64,000 nucleotides of DNA from Rhina ancylostomus (taxonomy: Eukaryota). This document shows positions 55,101 through 64,000 of this stretch, piece by piece. The stretch's first letter is position 1, and every line of letters starts with the position of its first letter. Location of the stretch: the NCBI GenBank assembly GCA_030265395.1, contig JARFYF010000063.1:43286235-43350234 (forward strand), read 5' to 3'. The position numbers were made by a program, and so were the translations under genes. Under the pieces are notes generated by a model that did not search any database, had not been told where the DNA came from, and saw only the letters and a list, made by a program, of their open reading frames with translations.

Positions 55101-58100
55101 TGGGTGTTGTTATTCCCCTGTCTGAGAGTTTGGCTTCTATGGAAGCAACTTCTGTGGTAAAGGATGCAGTCATTCCTTTATCCAAGAATAAAGAACGTGT
55201 AGTGTTGTCTTCAGGAATTGTGTCAGTTGATATATTGTTCAAGATTTTAGAAAATGTTATCCTTTCTTGAGGAACAAGTGACATTGTTATTTCTTTAATC
55301 AAGATTTTTGGATCAGTTGCTCCATCTTCAGGAACTGTGGCTGTTATTCCTTTATCTAACATTTTAGAATCCATGGTCTCACCTTCAGGGACAGACAGAG
55401 TTGTCTTGACTTCATCCAAGATTTCTGAATCTGTGGCAGCATCAGCAATAATAGTGGAAGTTGCTGTTTTATTATCCACGTTTGCATTTTTGGGAAATAA
55501 GGACAGTGACATTATTTGCTGAAACGTTTTCCGATCTGTTGTTTCATCTTCTGGAACAGAGGATGTGATGATTTGGTTATGCAAAGTTTTTGAATCTGTA
55601 GAAGTAAGTACAAGAACAGAGGGAGTTGTTCTTCCATCAGCTAATTTGCTAGAAACCATGGAAACCTCTTCAAGGAAACTGTGTGTTATCATTTCTGCCT
55701 CCAAGACTTTTGTTTCCCTGGGAGTATCTTGTGGGATAAAGGTTGCTGTCATAATATTATCCAAGATATTAGGTTCTGTGGTCATATCAAACGGAATAGA
55801 GGAATTTACCATTTTGCCATCCAAGATTTTAGAACTTGTAGAAATGTCCTCAGTAACTGAGGGCATGGTCACCCCATTGTTTTGGATTTTTGAATGCATG
55901 GAATCATCTGCAGGAATACTGATTGCTATTTCTTTATCCAGGATTTTAGAATCATTGATCCTATCTTCAGGAACAGAGAAAGTTGTCATTTCTTTGTCAA
56001 ATATACTTGGAACTGAGGATGTTTCATCTGGGGCAATGTATGTTGTTATTCCTGTGTTTGAAGTTTTAGGTTCAAAGGAAACAACTTCAGTGTTTGAGGC
56101 TGTTGGCATTCCTTTATCCAAAAATATAAAGCCAGTGGTGCCATCTTCAGGAACAACATCTGTTGATGTTATTTTGGAACTTGAGGATATATGTCTGGTG
56201 ATCGACAGCATTGTTGCCCCGTTGCTCATGATTTCTGAATCCATGAAATCATTTTCAGGAACAGTGGTCATTTTCATTCCTTCATCCAAGATTTTGGGAT
56301 CCGTGGACCCACTTTCAAAAACACTGGATGTTGTCATTAAGTTATCTAAGATTTTAGAATCCATCTTCCCATCTTGAAGAACAGAAGATGTAGTCATTCC
56401 TGTTTGCAAGAGTTTCGAATCTATGGAATTAACTTCATTAGCAAAGGGTGTTGTGAATCCTTCAGTTAAGACTTCAGAATCCCTTGTCTCATCCTCAGGA
56501 ACAGATAATGTTGTCAATACAGTATCCAGGATTTTAGAATCAGTGGTTCCATCTTTGGGAATAGATGACGGTCTGATCACAATGTTGGTAATTTTAGAGT
56601 CTGCCATTCTATCAACAGTAACAGCAGACATTGTCATTATTTTCATCAACATTTTTGAATCCATGGTAGTAGCTTGAGGAACAGAAGGAATTGTTATTCT
56701 ATTATCCATAATTTTAGAATCTTTAGAATAATCTGTAGGAACAGAGGGAGTTGTAATTTTGTTAGAACTAATGGAAGGATCTTCAGCAACTGATTGCATC
56801 GTTATTCCATTGTTCAGGATTTTTGAATCCATGGAATTATTTTCAGAAACAATGGTGGTTGCTTTTTCCAGGATTTTAGAATGATTGACCCTATCTTCAG
56901 GAGCAGAAAGTGTTGTCATTCCTTTATCCAATATACTAGGAACTGAGGAAGCCTCTTTTAAAGCAGTGTGTGCTATTCGTGTATCTGTGGGTTTGGTTTC
57001 TCGGGAAGCAACGTCTGCAATAGGGGCTGTTGTCATCCCTTTATCCAAAAATACAGAATCCGAGGTGTTATCTAAAGGAAAAGGTGACGTTATTTCTTTA
57101 ATCAAGATTTTTGAATTTGTGGAAGCCACTTCAGGAAGAGTGGTTGTTTTTATTCCTTTATCCGTGACTATAGGATATGTATACCTACCTTCAGGATCAC
57201 TGTATGTTGATGTCCTGTTATCCAAGATTTTAGAATCACCTTCAGGAATAGAATGAGTTGTCATTTCAGTATCCAAAATTTTTAAATTGATGGAAGCATT
57301 TTCAGAAAATTGTGTTGGAAATTTCTGATCCAAGATTTTGGAATATGTGATCCTATCTTCAGGAAAAGGGGAAGTTGTTATCATTTGATACGGGATTTCA
57401 GAATTAGTCGCCTCACCTGTCATAACAGGGAATGATGTCATTCCATTATTTGACATTCTTGAATTTGTAGAAGCATCTACAGGAACAAAGGAAGTTGTCA
57501 TTCTATTATCCAATATTTTAGAACCCATGGAAGGCTCTTCAGGGACAGTGTGTGTTGGCATTCCTGTGTCCAGGATGTTATAATCCACTAACTCACCTTT
57601 AGGAACACTATAGGTTGTGACTTTGCTAACCAAATACATATTCCCACCATCAAGAACAGAAGATGTGGCCATTCTTGTATTGAAGATTTTAGCATCTGTG
57701 AAACTATCTTTATCAGCATAATGTGTTGTCAATCCTTCATCTAAACTTTTCACATCCCTGGTCCCATCCTCAGGAACAGAGGGTGTCATCACTACCTTAT
57801 CCAAGGTTTCAGGATCGCTTGTCCTATCCTCAGGAAGTGGGGAAGATGTCATTATTTTATGCAAGATTTTAGATGCTGTGGTCTGACCTTCTGGAACAGG
57901 GAGTGATGTCATTCCCTTATCTGAGATTCTAGCGTGTGTGGAAACAGCTGCAGGAAGAGCAGAAGTTGCCATTCCACTCTCCAGTATTCTCGGACCAGCA
58001 GTAACCTCCTCAGGGTCAGTGTTTGTTGTCATTCCCCTGTCCAAGATTTCAGAATGTGGGGAAGCATCTTGTGGGATGAAGGATGTTGTCATTCCTTTAT

Positions 58101-61100
58101 CCATGATTTTAGAATTAGTGGAATAATCTGCAGGAACAGAGGGAGTTGTCATTCTATTATCTAGGGGCTTAGAACTCTTGGAAACATCTTCACTAACTGA
58201 GGGCACCGTCATGCCATGGTTTGGGATTTTTGAATTGAGGGAATCACTTTCAGGAACAGTCATTGTTTCTTTATCTGAGGTTTTAGAACCATTAGACCTG
58301 TCTTCAGGAGTGGAAAATGTTGTCATGCCTCTTTCCAAGAACTCAAGAACTGAGGAAGCCTTTTCTGGGGCAGCGTGTGTTGTTATTTGTGTGTCTGAGA
58401 TTTTAGGTTTTGTGGAAGTAACATCTGCACTAGAGGGTGTGGTCATTCCTTTATGCAAAGATACAGAATCTGAGGTTCCATCTTCAGGAATAGCTGTTGT
58501 TGTCATTTCTTTATATAGAATTTTTGAATTTGTGGCAGCATCCTCAGGAACAGTAGTTGTTTTCATTCCTTTATCCAGGATTTTGGGATTTGTGGACCTA
58601 TCTTCAGGAACATCATACATTGTCATTCTGTTATCCAAGGTTTTAGAATCCATGGTCCTGTCTTCTGAAACAGAAGGTGTTGTCATTCCATTTATCATGA
58701 TCGATCCTTTAATTGCTTTAGCACTTCCATTTTCTGTAAAAGTAAGTTGTGATAGATCAGAAAAAAATGATAATTCACTAACATGTCATCTTTATTTACT
58801 TGGCACGTACTCCCATTCAGCTACTAATTAATTACTTTGTAGTGGAAACATCATTTATGGACAATAATCTTAGAAATGACAATATTCTGTCTTCCTCCAC
58901 AGGTGATTTTCCTTTTGTCCCTATTTATTCACTCATTAACTTAAGGCACAGGCAAATCACTTCAGAACCTTACAACTCCATGTTTTAGCTGATATTGCCT
59001 TTTGCTAATATCTTATTCCTAGAAAAGTGTTGAGACACACTGTCTCCTGGTTATTCAAAATATTCATTTGATACTTCAACAGATCTTATTCTTGTTGGAT
59101 GTATCTGTGGTGCCTCAATAGTCCCTACCTTTCTGGCTGGATTTCCTATGCCTCTACCCCCAAAGGATTCCTGTATTTAGTGAGATCCATGTGTTTGTAC
59201 GTCCCTAATGTTGCCAATGGACCACTGTCTGCTCCACTAAGGTTTCTGGCTCGAGAGATTCCATTTCTAGTCTGTCTGGCAAAGCCGTTCTTCCTCAAAC
59301 AAGTTTCTTTCAGCTATTGTTAAAAGTCATTCATTACCTCTGTGTCCCCTTAGCCTTTTCCAGACCTTTAGTTAAGAGAACATTACCAATCATTTCTCCA
59401 TCTACTATCCTTCCTCTAATTAGATTTCATTAGTTTCAATAAATATCTTGAGAATTTCTGCCCAGTCTAATAGTCCCCGGCCTTTTGCCTTCCATAACAT
59501 GATCTTCTTGTCCTACAAGTTAAGCAGCCCATCCACACTGGAAAATATCCTGCATTATTACTATGAAGCACTTCCATAGAATAAATCCTTTACATTTTAA
59601 AGTCTGGAATCTGCAAACAAAATCTGACTGCACTTGCTGCAGAAATAAATATAGTCTTTGACGATAGTACTCATTTATGAAGGTTTAGACACATGGCTGA
59701 ACTCCCTGTCACTCATTTTGTTATATAAAAAAACTTCTTCATACTTAGCGTCATAGGTTCTTTCTTGATTTTCACTTCATCATCCAAATGGCTGGCAGAA
59801 TCTTGTTGGTACAATGTATCACTGATTATCTTGGGTTGCTCTGTTGTTGGTTTTCTTGTGGAGCTAGTGAACAGTAAACTTGATCTTGTTGTTGGTATGA
59901 ACGTGGGACTTTTCCAAATATCTGTGATCAAAGTAGTAGCAGGTTGTGAACCATGATAATTTATTTTTGTTGTTTTAATTTAACGTTTTCATAATCAAAA
60001 TGCAATTTATGCCTGCAATAGAATAAAGGGAAACAGTGTGGCTTAGAAGTTGATCCTGGGCATTCGAAGTGTGCTAAAAGATTTTTGTATGGCATGTCAA
60101 CAGATACTTTGTTCATGGGTCTTCTACAGCAGAATTTAGTGTCACCTGAAACCCAGAGCAAGGCTGGATTAGGGGCAGGAAGGGCTGGTGGTGGGGAACC
60201 TGATTGGAGCCGAGGATGGGGATGGCTGTCGATCGAAGCCCGAGAGTGGGATGGTTAGAGACTAGAACCTGGCGAGAAGTTTGGACAGAGATCAGTGCCA
60301 GAACATTGGGGAAGAGGTAGGTGGGATGGGGGAAGACTGATAGAAGATCAGGCCAGATGGTAGCCAGAGGCTCTGGAGAGATCGTCGCAATCATATTCCA
60401 CATGGGCAAAAGCAATTTCAGATGTGTAACTTCAACAAAAACAAAGAACCACATCCAGTTTTCTAGGTTGTTGCACTATTGCACATGGCAACATCAGTGA
60501 GAGATGAGGAATAGAGGTATGGTGGTTGATATCTATAAATCTGTTCAACCAGGAGCAATATTTCTGAATTCAGGGTCAGGAAGCAGAAAGAATGCTATAA
60601 TGGGAAACTTGATGGTCTTTTGTTATCCGTCTTTAAAATTGCAGTAAAAAGAGTGAGGCTTTCTGAATTTTTAAAGATTTACTATGTGATTGAAGACAAA
60701 TTACACCTCTGCACAAGTTACTAGTCATTTATTATTCAATTGACATCAACAAGGAGAGTAAACAGCATTTTGTATAACTATTCTGTGCCTCATAATGAAG
60801 AAAGAACCTCATTGGGTTCAAAAGTGCAAGGTACCTGTGCTGGCGGAAGTACCAACACAAAACAAACTAGATTTTGCCCAGATAATTTTTAAGATAGTAT
60901 AGTTGGATTCATCTAATCTTGTAATTATTGACTTTGGCTAAAATATATTTTCTTTTATAAAGCACAGAGAAAAATGGAAAAAGCAAAAGACATGTAGCCA
61001 CACATTAGCGCCAGGATAGTCGATCCTACCTCTTCCACAGCTTGCAACATAATCAGAGCAGCAGTCACCGTATTTCTTGCAGTCAGGATCACACTGACAT

Positions 61101-61894
61101 GGCCGCCCGCGTTCGTGTTGCTCAAAGCAGCGTCCAGAACAGGAGGTTTCTGTCCAGAGTCAGAAGCGATTTGGTATACAATACAATGCAAAAGGACTGT
61201 ACAAAGTGCATCGTCACATCGAGTAGACTGGGGAGACTGGTATAGTACTGAGTCAGGCATTTCAGTAGCATCGCTTCTGGAACAGTATTGGAAGTTTAGG
61301 AATGAGCACAACTATTGAACCCCTATCTTGGGTGTGGGCACAATTAAACTTGATAGTGAAACTTTCCCATTCACAAATACCTTGTTGACAATATGCAGAG
61401 ACATAATGAATAACCAATTGGCTGAGATACACGCGTGTGTCTGAGCCTCTTGGGGTTGTTCACCAACATAAGCCACTGCATTCTGCGGAGAACTGGAGAG
61501 GATTGCCAGTTGATCAATTCATTTTATTCACCAGATCATGAAATAAAAACGATATTATCATGACAGTACTAAATAAAATCCATTACTATCAAAGAACAAA
61601 TGTAGCCACTCTTACGTACTTGGTTCCTATATCATATTCAGGTTTAAAGATAGTTTGAAATCAGAGTACAGGATCTTATCTTTGAAGAAGCAAAGACGTG
61701 CTTTTTACTTGGTAGATATTCCTCAGAATATTTTAACAGAATTGTTTAAAGACCTACTCGGTCGCTTTAGGCTGCTGGTTANNNNNNNNNNNNNNNNNNN
61801 NNNNNNNNNNNNNNNNNNNNNNNNNNNNNNNCATCGTCACAGTTGCAATTGTGGCTTCGATCGTACTTAGAACCACATCTTCCTCTACAGCTGT
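40078..61894 (-). CDS. PRG4: Proteoglycan 4 / lubricin: 2 SMB domains, giant mucin domain, hemopexin repeats; signal-peptide exon not located
   Basis: SMB Cys patterns, S/T/P-rich repeat exon, PRG4-diagnostic hemopexin peptides (RRITDVWGIPSPIDTVFTRCNC, YWRF..GYP, PETVYFFKR, VTSAISLPN), and tail-to-tail adjacency to TPR as in human. Confidence 0.95.
41350..41850 (+). mobile_element. Degenerate CR1 3' fragment
   Basis: TQIVVNLWNSLPKGTVE and WSPYLK-like remnant. Confidence 0.6.
42553..42678 (-). CDS. PRG4: PRG4 hemopexin-region exon
   Basis: ttcag|AQLSIEMSIRKNWLGFPIRVTSAISLPNPRLAEKYEYYVLSH|gtaagt. Confidence 0.93.
44273..44464 (-). CDS. PRG4: PRG4 hemopexin insert exon (5' end probably inside the N gap 44465-44564)
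   Basis: ...SCPQERAHSYTYQVVRQRYRRQAMVAIQKNMELQKT|gtacaa resembles human CPGRRPALNY...VRRRRFERA; phase-1 donor; the far side of the gap ends in acceptor-like ttctatattcca. Confidence 0.6.
44690..44955 (-). mobile_element. Degenerate V-SINE
   Basis: gccaattcacctaccagcacacctttgg...aggatcaaactcaggttgctggagctgtgagg. Confidence 0.6.
45115..45271 (-). CDS. PRG4: PRG4 hemopexin exon
   Basis: tatag|GEQYWRFQNGAMDSGYPRKIADGFSGLSGEITAALSVAAYRNRPETVYFFKR|gtgagg. Confidence 0.96.
46464..46603 (-). CDS. PRG4: PRG4 hemopexin exon
   Basis: ttcag|GHLFWTISQKGQTLGHPRRITDVWGIPSPIDTVFTRCNCNGNTYFFK|gtaagg. Confidence 0.97.
47236..47322 (-). CDS. PRG4: PRG4 first hemopexin-region exon
   Basis: tttag|DSLNDSNLCNKKPSDALTTLQNGTTYIFR|gtaaga (human DETNICNGKPVDGLTTLRNGTLVAFRG). 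Confidence 0.94.
47792..47882 (-). CDS. PRG4: Putative PRG4 bridging exon between mucin and hemopexin regions
   Basis: tctttcatttcatag|VTSSGESDNMVREPTQELGDQATGKTQSYE G|gtaggg; phase 0 in, phase 1 out, matching the next exon. Confidence 0.6.
48008..48109 (-). pseudogene. 5'-truncated EEF1A (EF-1 alpha) retrocopy fragment, C-terminal 33 codons plus stop
   Basis: MRQTVVVGVIKSVVKKETSGKATKAASKQLNKK* matches the eEF1A C-terminus (D)MRQTVAVGVIK.V.KK...GK.TK.A.K; no eEF1A-like sequence seen upstream. Confidence 0.8.
49109..58733 (-). CDS. PRG4: PRG4 mucin exon (~9.6 kb, ~3200 aa); 3' boundary inferred
   Basis: Acceptor cttacttttacag| at 58733 is in frame with the 3168-aa ORF. The ORF's stop at 49192 follows a 10-N gap, and another frame continues TIPQETPF...EKVEVVR to a phase-0 donor CGG|gtaaat at 49109. 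Confidence 0.85.
49980..58700 (-). repeat. Coding tandem repeat, 60 bp / 20 aa unit (consensus ~SKILDKGMTTSSVPEDGTxD), roughly 140 degenerate copies
   Basis: Units align down the 60-nt lines (e.g. 58501-58700; + strand motif gtcattcctttatccaagattttagaatc...tcttcaggaacag); copy number estimated as length/60. Confidence 0.92.
59745..59921 (-). CDS. PRG4: PRG4 linker exon between SMB2 and mucin
   Basis: cacag|DIWKSPTFIPTTRSSLLFTSSTRKPTTEQPK...KIKKEPMTL|gtatga; 177 nt, phase 1-1, S/T/P/K-rich. Confidence 0.7.
61030..61149 (-). CDS. PRG4: PRG4 somatomedin-B domain 2 exon
   Basis: gacag|TSCSGRCFEQHERGRPCQCDPDCKKYGDCCSDYVASCGR|gtagga; 8-Cys SMB pattern, 120 nt, phase 1-1. Confidence 0.95.
61758..61894 (-). 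CDS. PRG4: PRG4 somatomedin-B domain 1 exon (interrupted by 50-N gap)
   Basis: SCRGRCGSKYDRSHNCNCDD[gap]...TSSLKRP|gtaggt; first four SMB cysteines visible; frame across the gap not verifiable. Confidence 0.75.
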
Positions 61895-62139
61895 CTTCAT
61901 TTCACCAAAAGGAAAAAAAATACACAAAATGACATAAAACATCCAGATATTGATCCAATTTACTGAGACGCGCTGCCCGAGATCAATCACAGTATTGCTT
62001 ATTACTAATTTCTACTCCGATTAAAAAAATCGTTTTCCAGATATAGCTTTATTGATAAGGAACTGGTGAATATTGTCCGTTTCATGTTTAGTGTGTCCCT
62101 GCACTGGAAGACATCAGATTATTTTAAAATCTGTGTCAT

Positions 62140-62740
62140 GGTGGTGGGGCTAAAAGTGCCACCCAACTGGCCAGGCGGAGAGAGACGGGGCTTGCAGCGG
62201 CTGTGGGGCTCCGACATGCAGAGGGGGTGATACCGGGGCTCCGAGATGGGGAAGGGGTGTTACTGGGGCTCCGAGCGGAGGCCGGGGCGGGCAGTGAGGC
62301 TCCCAGGGTGGAAGGGTCGCTGCATGAACTGGCAACACCGGCCCAATTGTGAAGCTGATCGCTGCACCTGTGTCTCATTGGCAGCCAGAAAGGTCACTGG
62401 TGATGATCTACACCCGCGGGGTTGCATTTCAGGCTTGTTGGTTTAGATTGTCACCGAATGGTGCGACGGAAAGTTGACCGGAGAGGTATCGGTTCTCCTG
62501 TAATGTCATTCGAACACTCAGTTTTGGAAGTAAGCAAAGGCTTGAAGTGAGACGTGGGGAAAGGATTGAGGGGAGCGGGGTCGAGCTCTGCATCTGTCCT
62601 GCAGGAAGTGGGGGCGGGTTAGGGATGAGTGACAGATGAGCGAGGGAGCGGGAGGACAGGACGGGGCAGGTGACCCGAAGACGCGGTGGCGTTTGAAGTG
62701 AGTTTGCGGAATGTATAGTGAGGGAATGAGTCTGGGTCAA
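62140..62740. promoter_or_regulatory. GC/CpG-rich island-like segment with ETS and GC-box motifs and a 30-bp minisatellite
   Basis: CAGGAAGTGGGGGCGGG at ~62602-62618; ggggctccga at 62205, 62235, 62265 and degenerate at 62296; visibly more CpG than the flanks. Confidence 0.4.
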
Positions 62741-63469
62741 GGATGAAGGACTGAAATAGAGGAGACCAATGTATTTGGCTGCTCAGAGTCATCCCTGCAC
62801 CTCTCTTCCACACGAAGGCTTTTAGAGCCAAGTATGGATTTCTCCAGTCCCATGTTGTGTGCCAGTGAAAAGGGAATGGGAAGCATGAGCAGGGAGGAGA
62901 AAGGAAGTTGGAGAAGCAAAGGGGAAAGGTAAACGAAGCCCCAACGTGAAGATTGTTTTGTTGATTTTTGTGTCGGTGATCTATTAATCCACAGAGACTA
63001 CTGAGTGTACAGTAGTCGTGCACACATGAGAATTCATGTCATGGCCTTGTCCTACTCGTGTGTTGTAAATGTGTAGGTTACCTAGCTTGGTTTATTGCTT
63101 GTTTGACCCTGAAATATTGGAATGCACTTGAATGCTTAAGAAACTGCATAGGCCTGTGGAGGGTGAAGGCTTGATTTAGCATGAGACAAAGGGTCACTTC
63201 TTGAGCTTTGTTGGGAATCTGCCACTGAAGTTGGTGATGAAATCTCCAATGGATCAGATATGTGTGTGTGGATTTTATTAATATTTACAGACTGCCTAGT
63301 GCCCCTGCTCTTCCCCCTCCCCCCAATGCTCATGAATGTCTATCTCTTCTATCACAATGTCCATATGACACAAAAGGCTGAAACAGCCTCCTATCTCTTT
63401 CCTACTGATTCCCCACTGTTTCCTCCCCTCCCCACCCCATATGCATGCATCTCACACACACACACCAGG

Positions 63470-64000
63470 ATATGGAAAGTTGAGCAGATGCAATTTAATC
63501 CTGACAAGTGCACGGTGACCTTTTTGGGGAAGTCAAGTAGGGGTAGGACAAAGGAATATTGATGAATGGAGAGATCAAGCGGTTCAAGTCCATTGCTCCC
63601 TGAAAACGACAGTGCAGGTTGATGGGTGGTGAAAAGGCAGATGACCTGCTTGTGTTCATAGGTCAGGGTGTGAAATATAAGTTGTGAAGTTATGTTGCAA
63701 CTTTACAAAACACTAGTTAGGTCTTGCTTGGAGTAATGTGTACGGTTCTGGTTGTCACACTGTAAGAAGGATGCGATTTGTGCAGGAGAGAAAGCAGAGG
63801 AGAATTCACCAGGATGTTGCCTGGAGTGGAGGACTTCAGTCATGGGGATAGACTGGCTTGTTTTCCTGGATTGAAGGAGGCTGAGGGGGTGACCTGATAG
63901 AAGTATAAGTTAAGGTGTGAGGAAGGAGTTTTAAAGGGGATCTGAGGGTTAAGTATTTTACAGAGTGGTTGACACCCGGGCTGTGTTGTGGAGAGTGGTT
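63470..64000 (+). mobile_element. Degenerate CR1 RT 3' fragment
   Basis: QMQFNPDKCTV, LYKTLVRSCLE, FTRMLPG, RRLRG.DLIEV. Confidence 0.8.

Noticed and set aside
49980-58700. CRISPR-like array interpretation of the 60-bp periodicity
   Set aside because: Eukaryotic coding tandem repeat with degenerate units and no unique spacers or cas genes.
50030-58831. Many long + strand ORFs (up to 270 aa) tiling the mucin exon
   Set aside because: Antisense shadows of the repetitive - strand frame; no splice signals or independent protein features seen.
61779-61781. In-frame TAA after the gap in the SMB1 exon (PRG4 pseudogene?)
   Set aside because: Depends on the 50-N gap length being exact; a 1-nt change restores an open frame to a phase-1 donor.
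61754-61990. MFYVILCIFFPFG as the PRG4 signal peptide
   Set aside because: It is the translated polypyrimidine tract, out of frame with SMB1, and the SMB frame has a TGA three codons upstream.
62246-62446. Cys-containing + strand ORF (KGRCMNW...CEADRCTC) as a third SMB domain
   Set aside because: Wrong strand for PRG4, lacks the CC pair and SMB spacing, no splice sites.

Overview
Vertebrate nuclear DNA, most likely a cartilaginous fish (shark/ray), judged from V-SINE/HE1-like, Deu-domain SINE, CR1 and L1/Tx1-like repeats. It appears to come from a scaffolded assembly with placeholder N gaps. Two convergent multi-exon genes fill the window. On + is the 3' half of TPR (nuclear basket protein): 27 coding exons traced with GT-AG boundaries and consistent phase, from 1 to the stop at 39887. 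On - is PRG4/lubricin: two somatomedin-B exons, a linker exon, a ~9.6 kb mucin exon, a short bridging exon and six hemopexin-region exons ending at the stop at 40078. Its signal-peptide exon was not found in the window. The two stop codons are only 190 bp apart. The most unusual points are: (i) the lubricin mucin domain is a ~3200-aa array of an acidic, Met-rich 20-aa unit with satellite-like higher-order structure, unlike mammalian KEPAPTT repeats; (ii) the 3' ~1.2 kb of the mucin region looks like decayed coding sequence that carries an EEF1A retro-fragment and is apparently skipped by an in-frame donor/acceptor pair (candidate intronisation). Homology calls rest on my recall of the human proteins, not on a database search.
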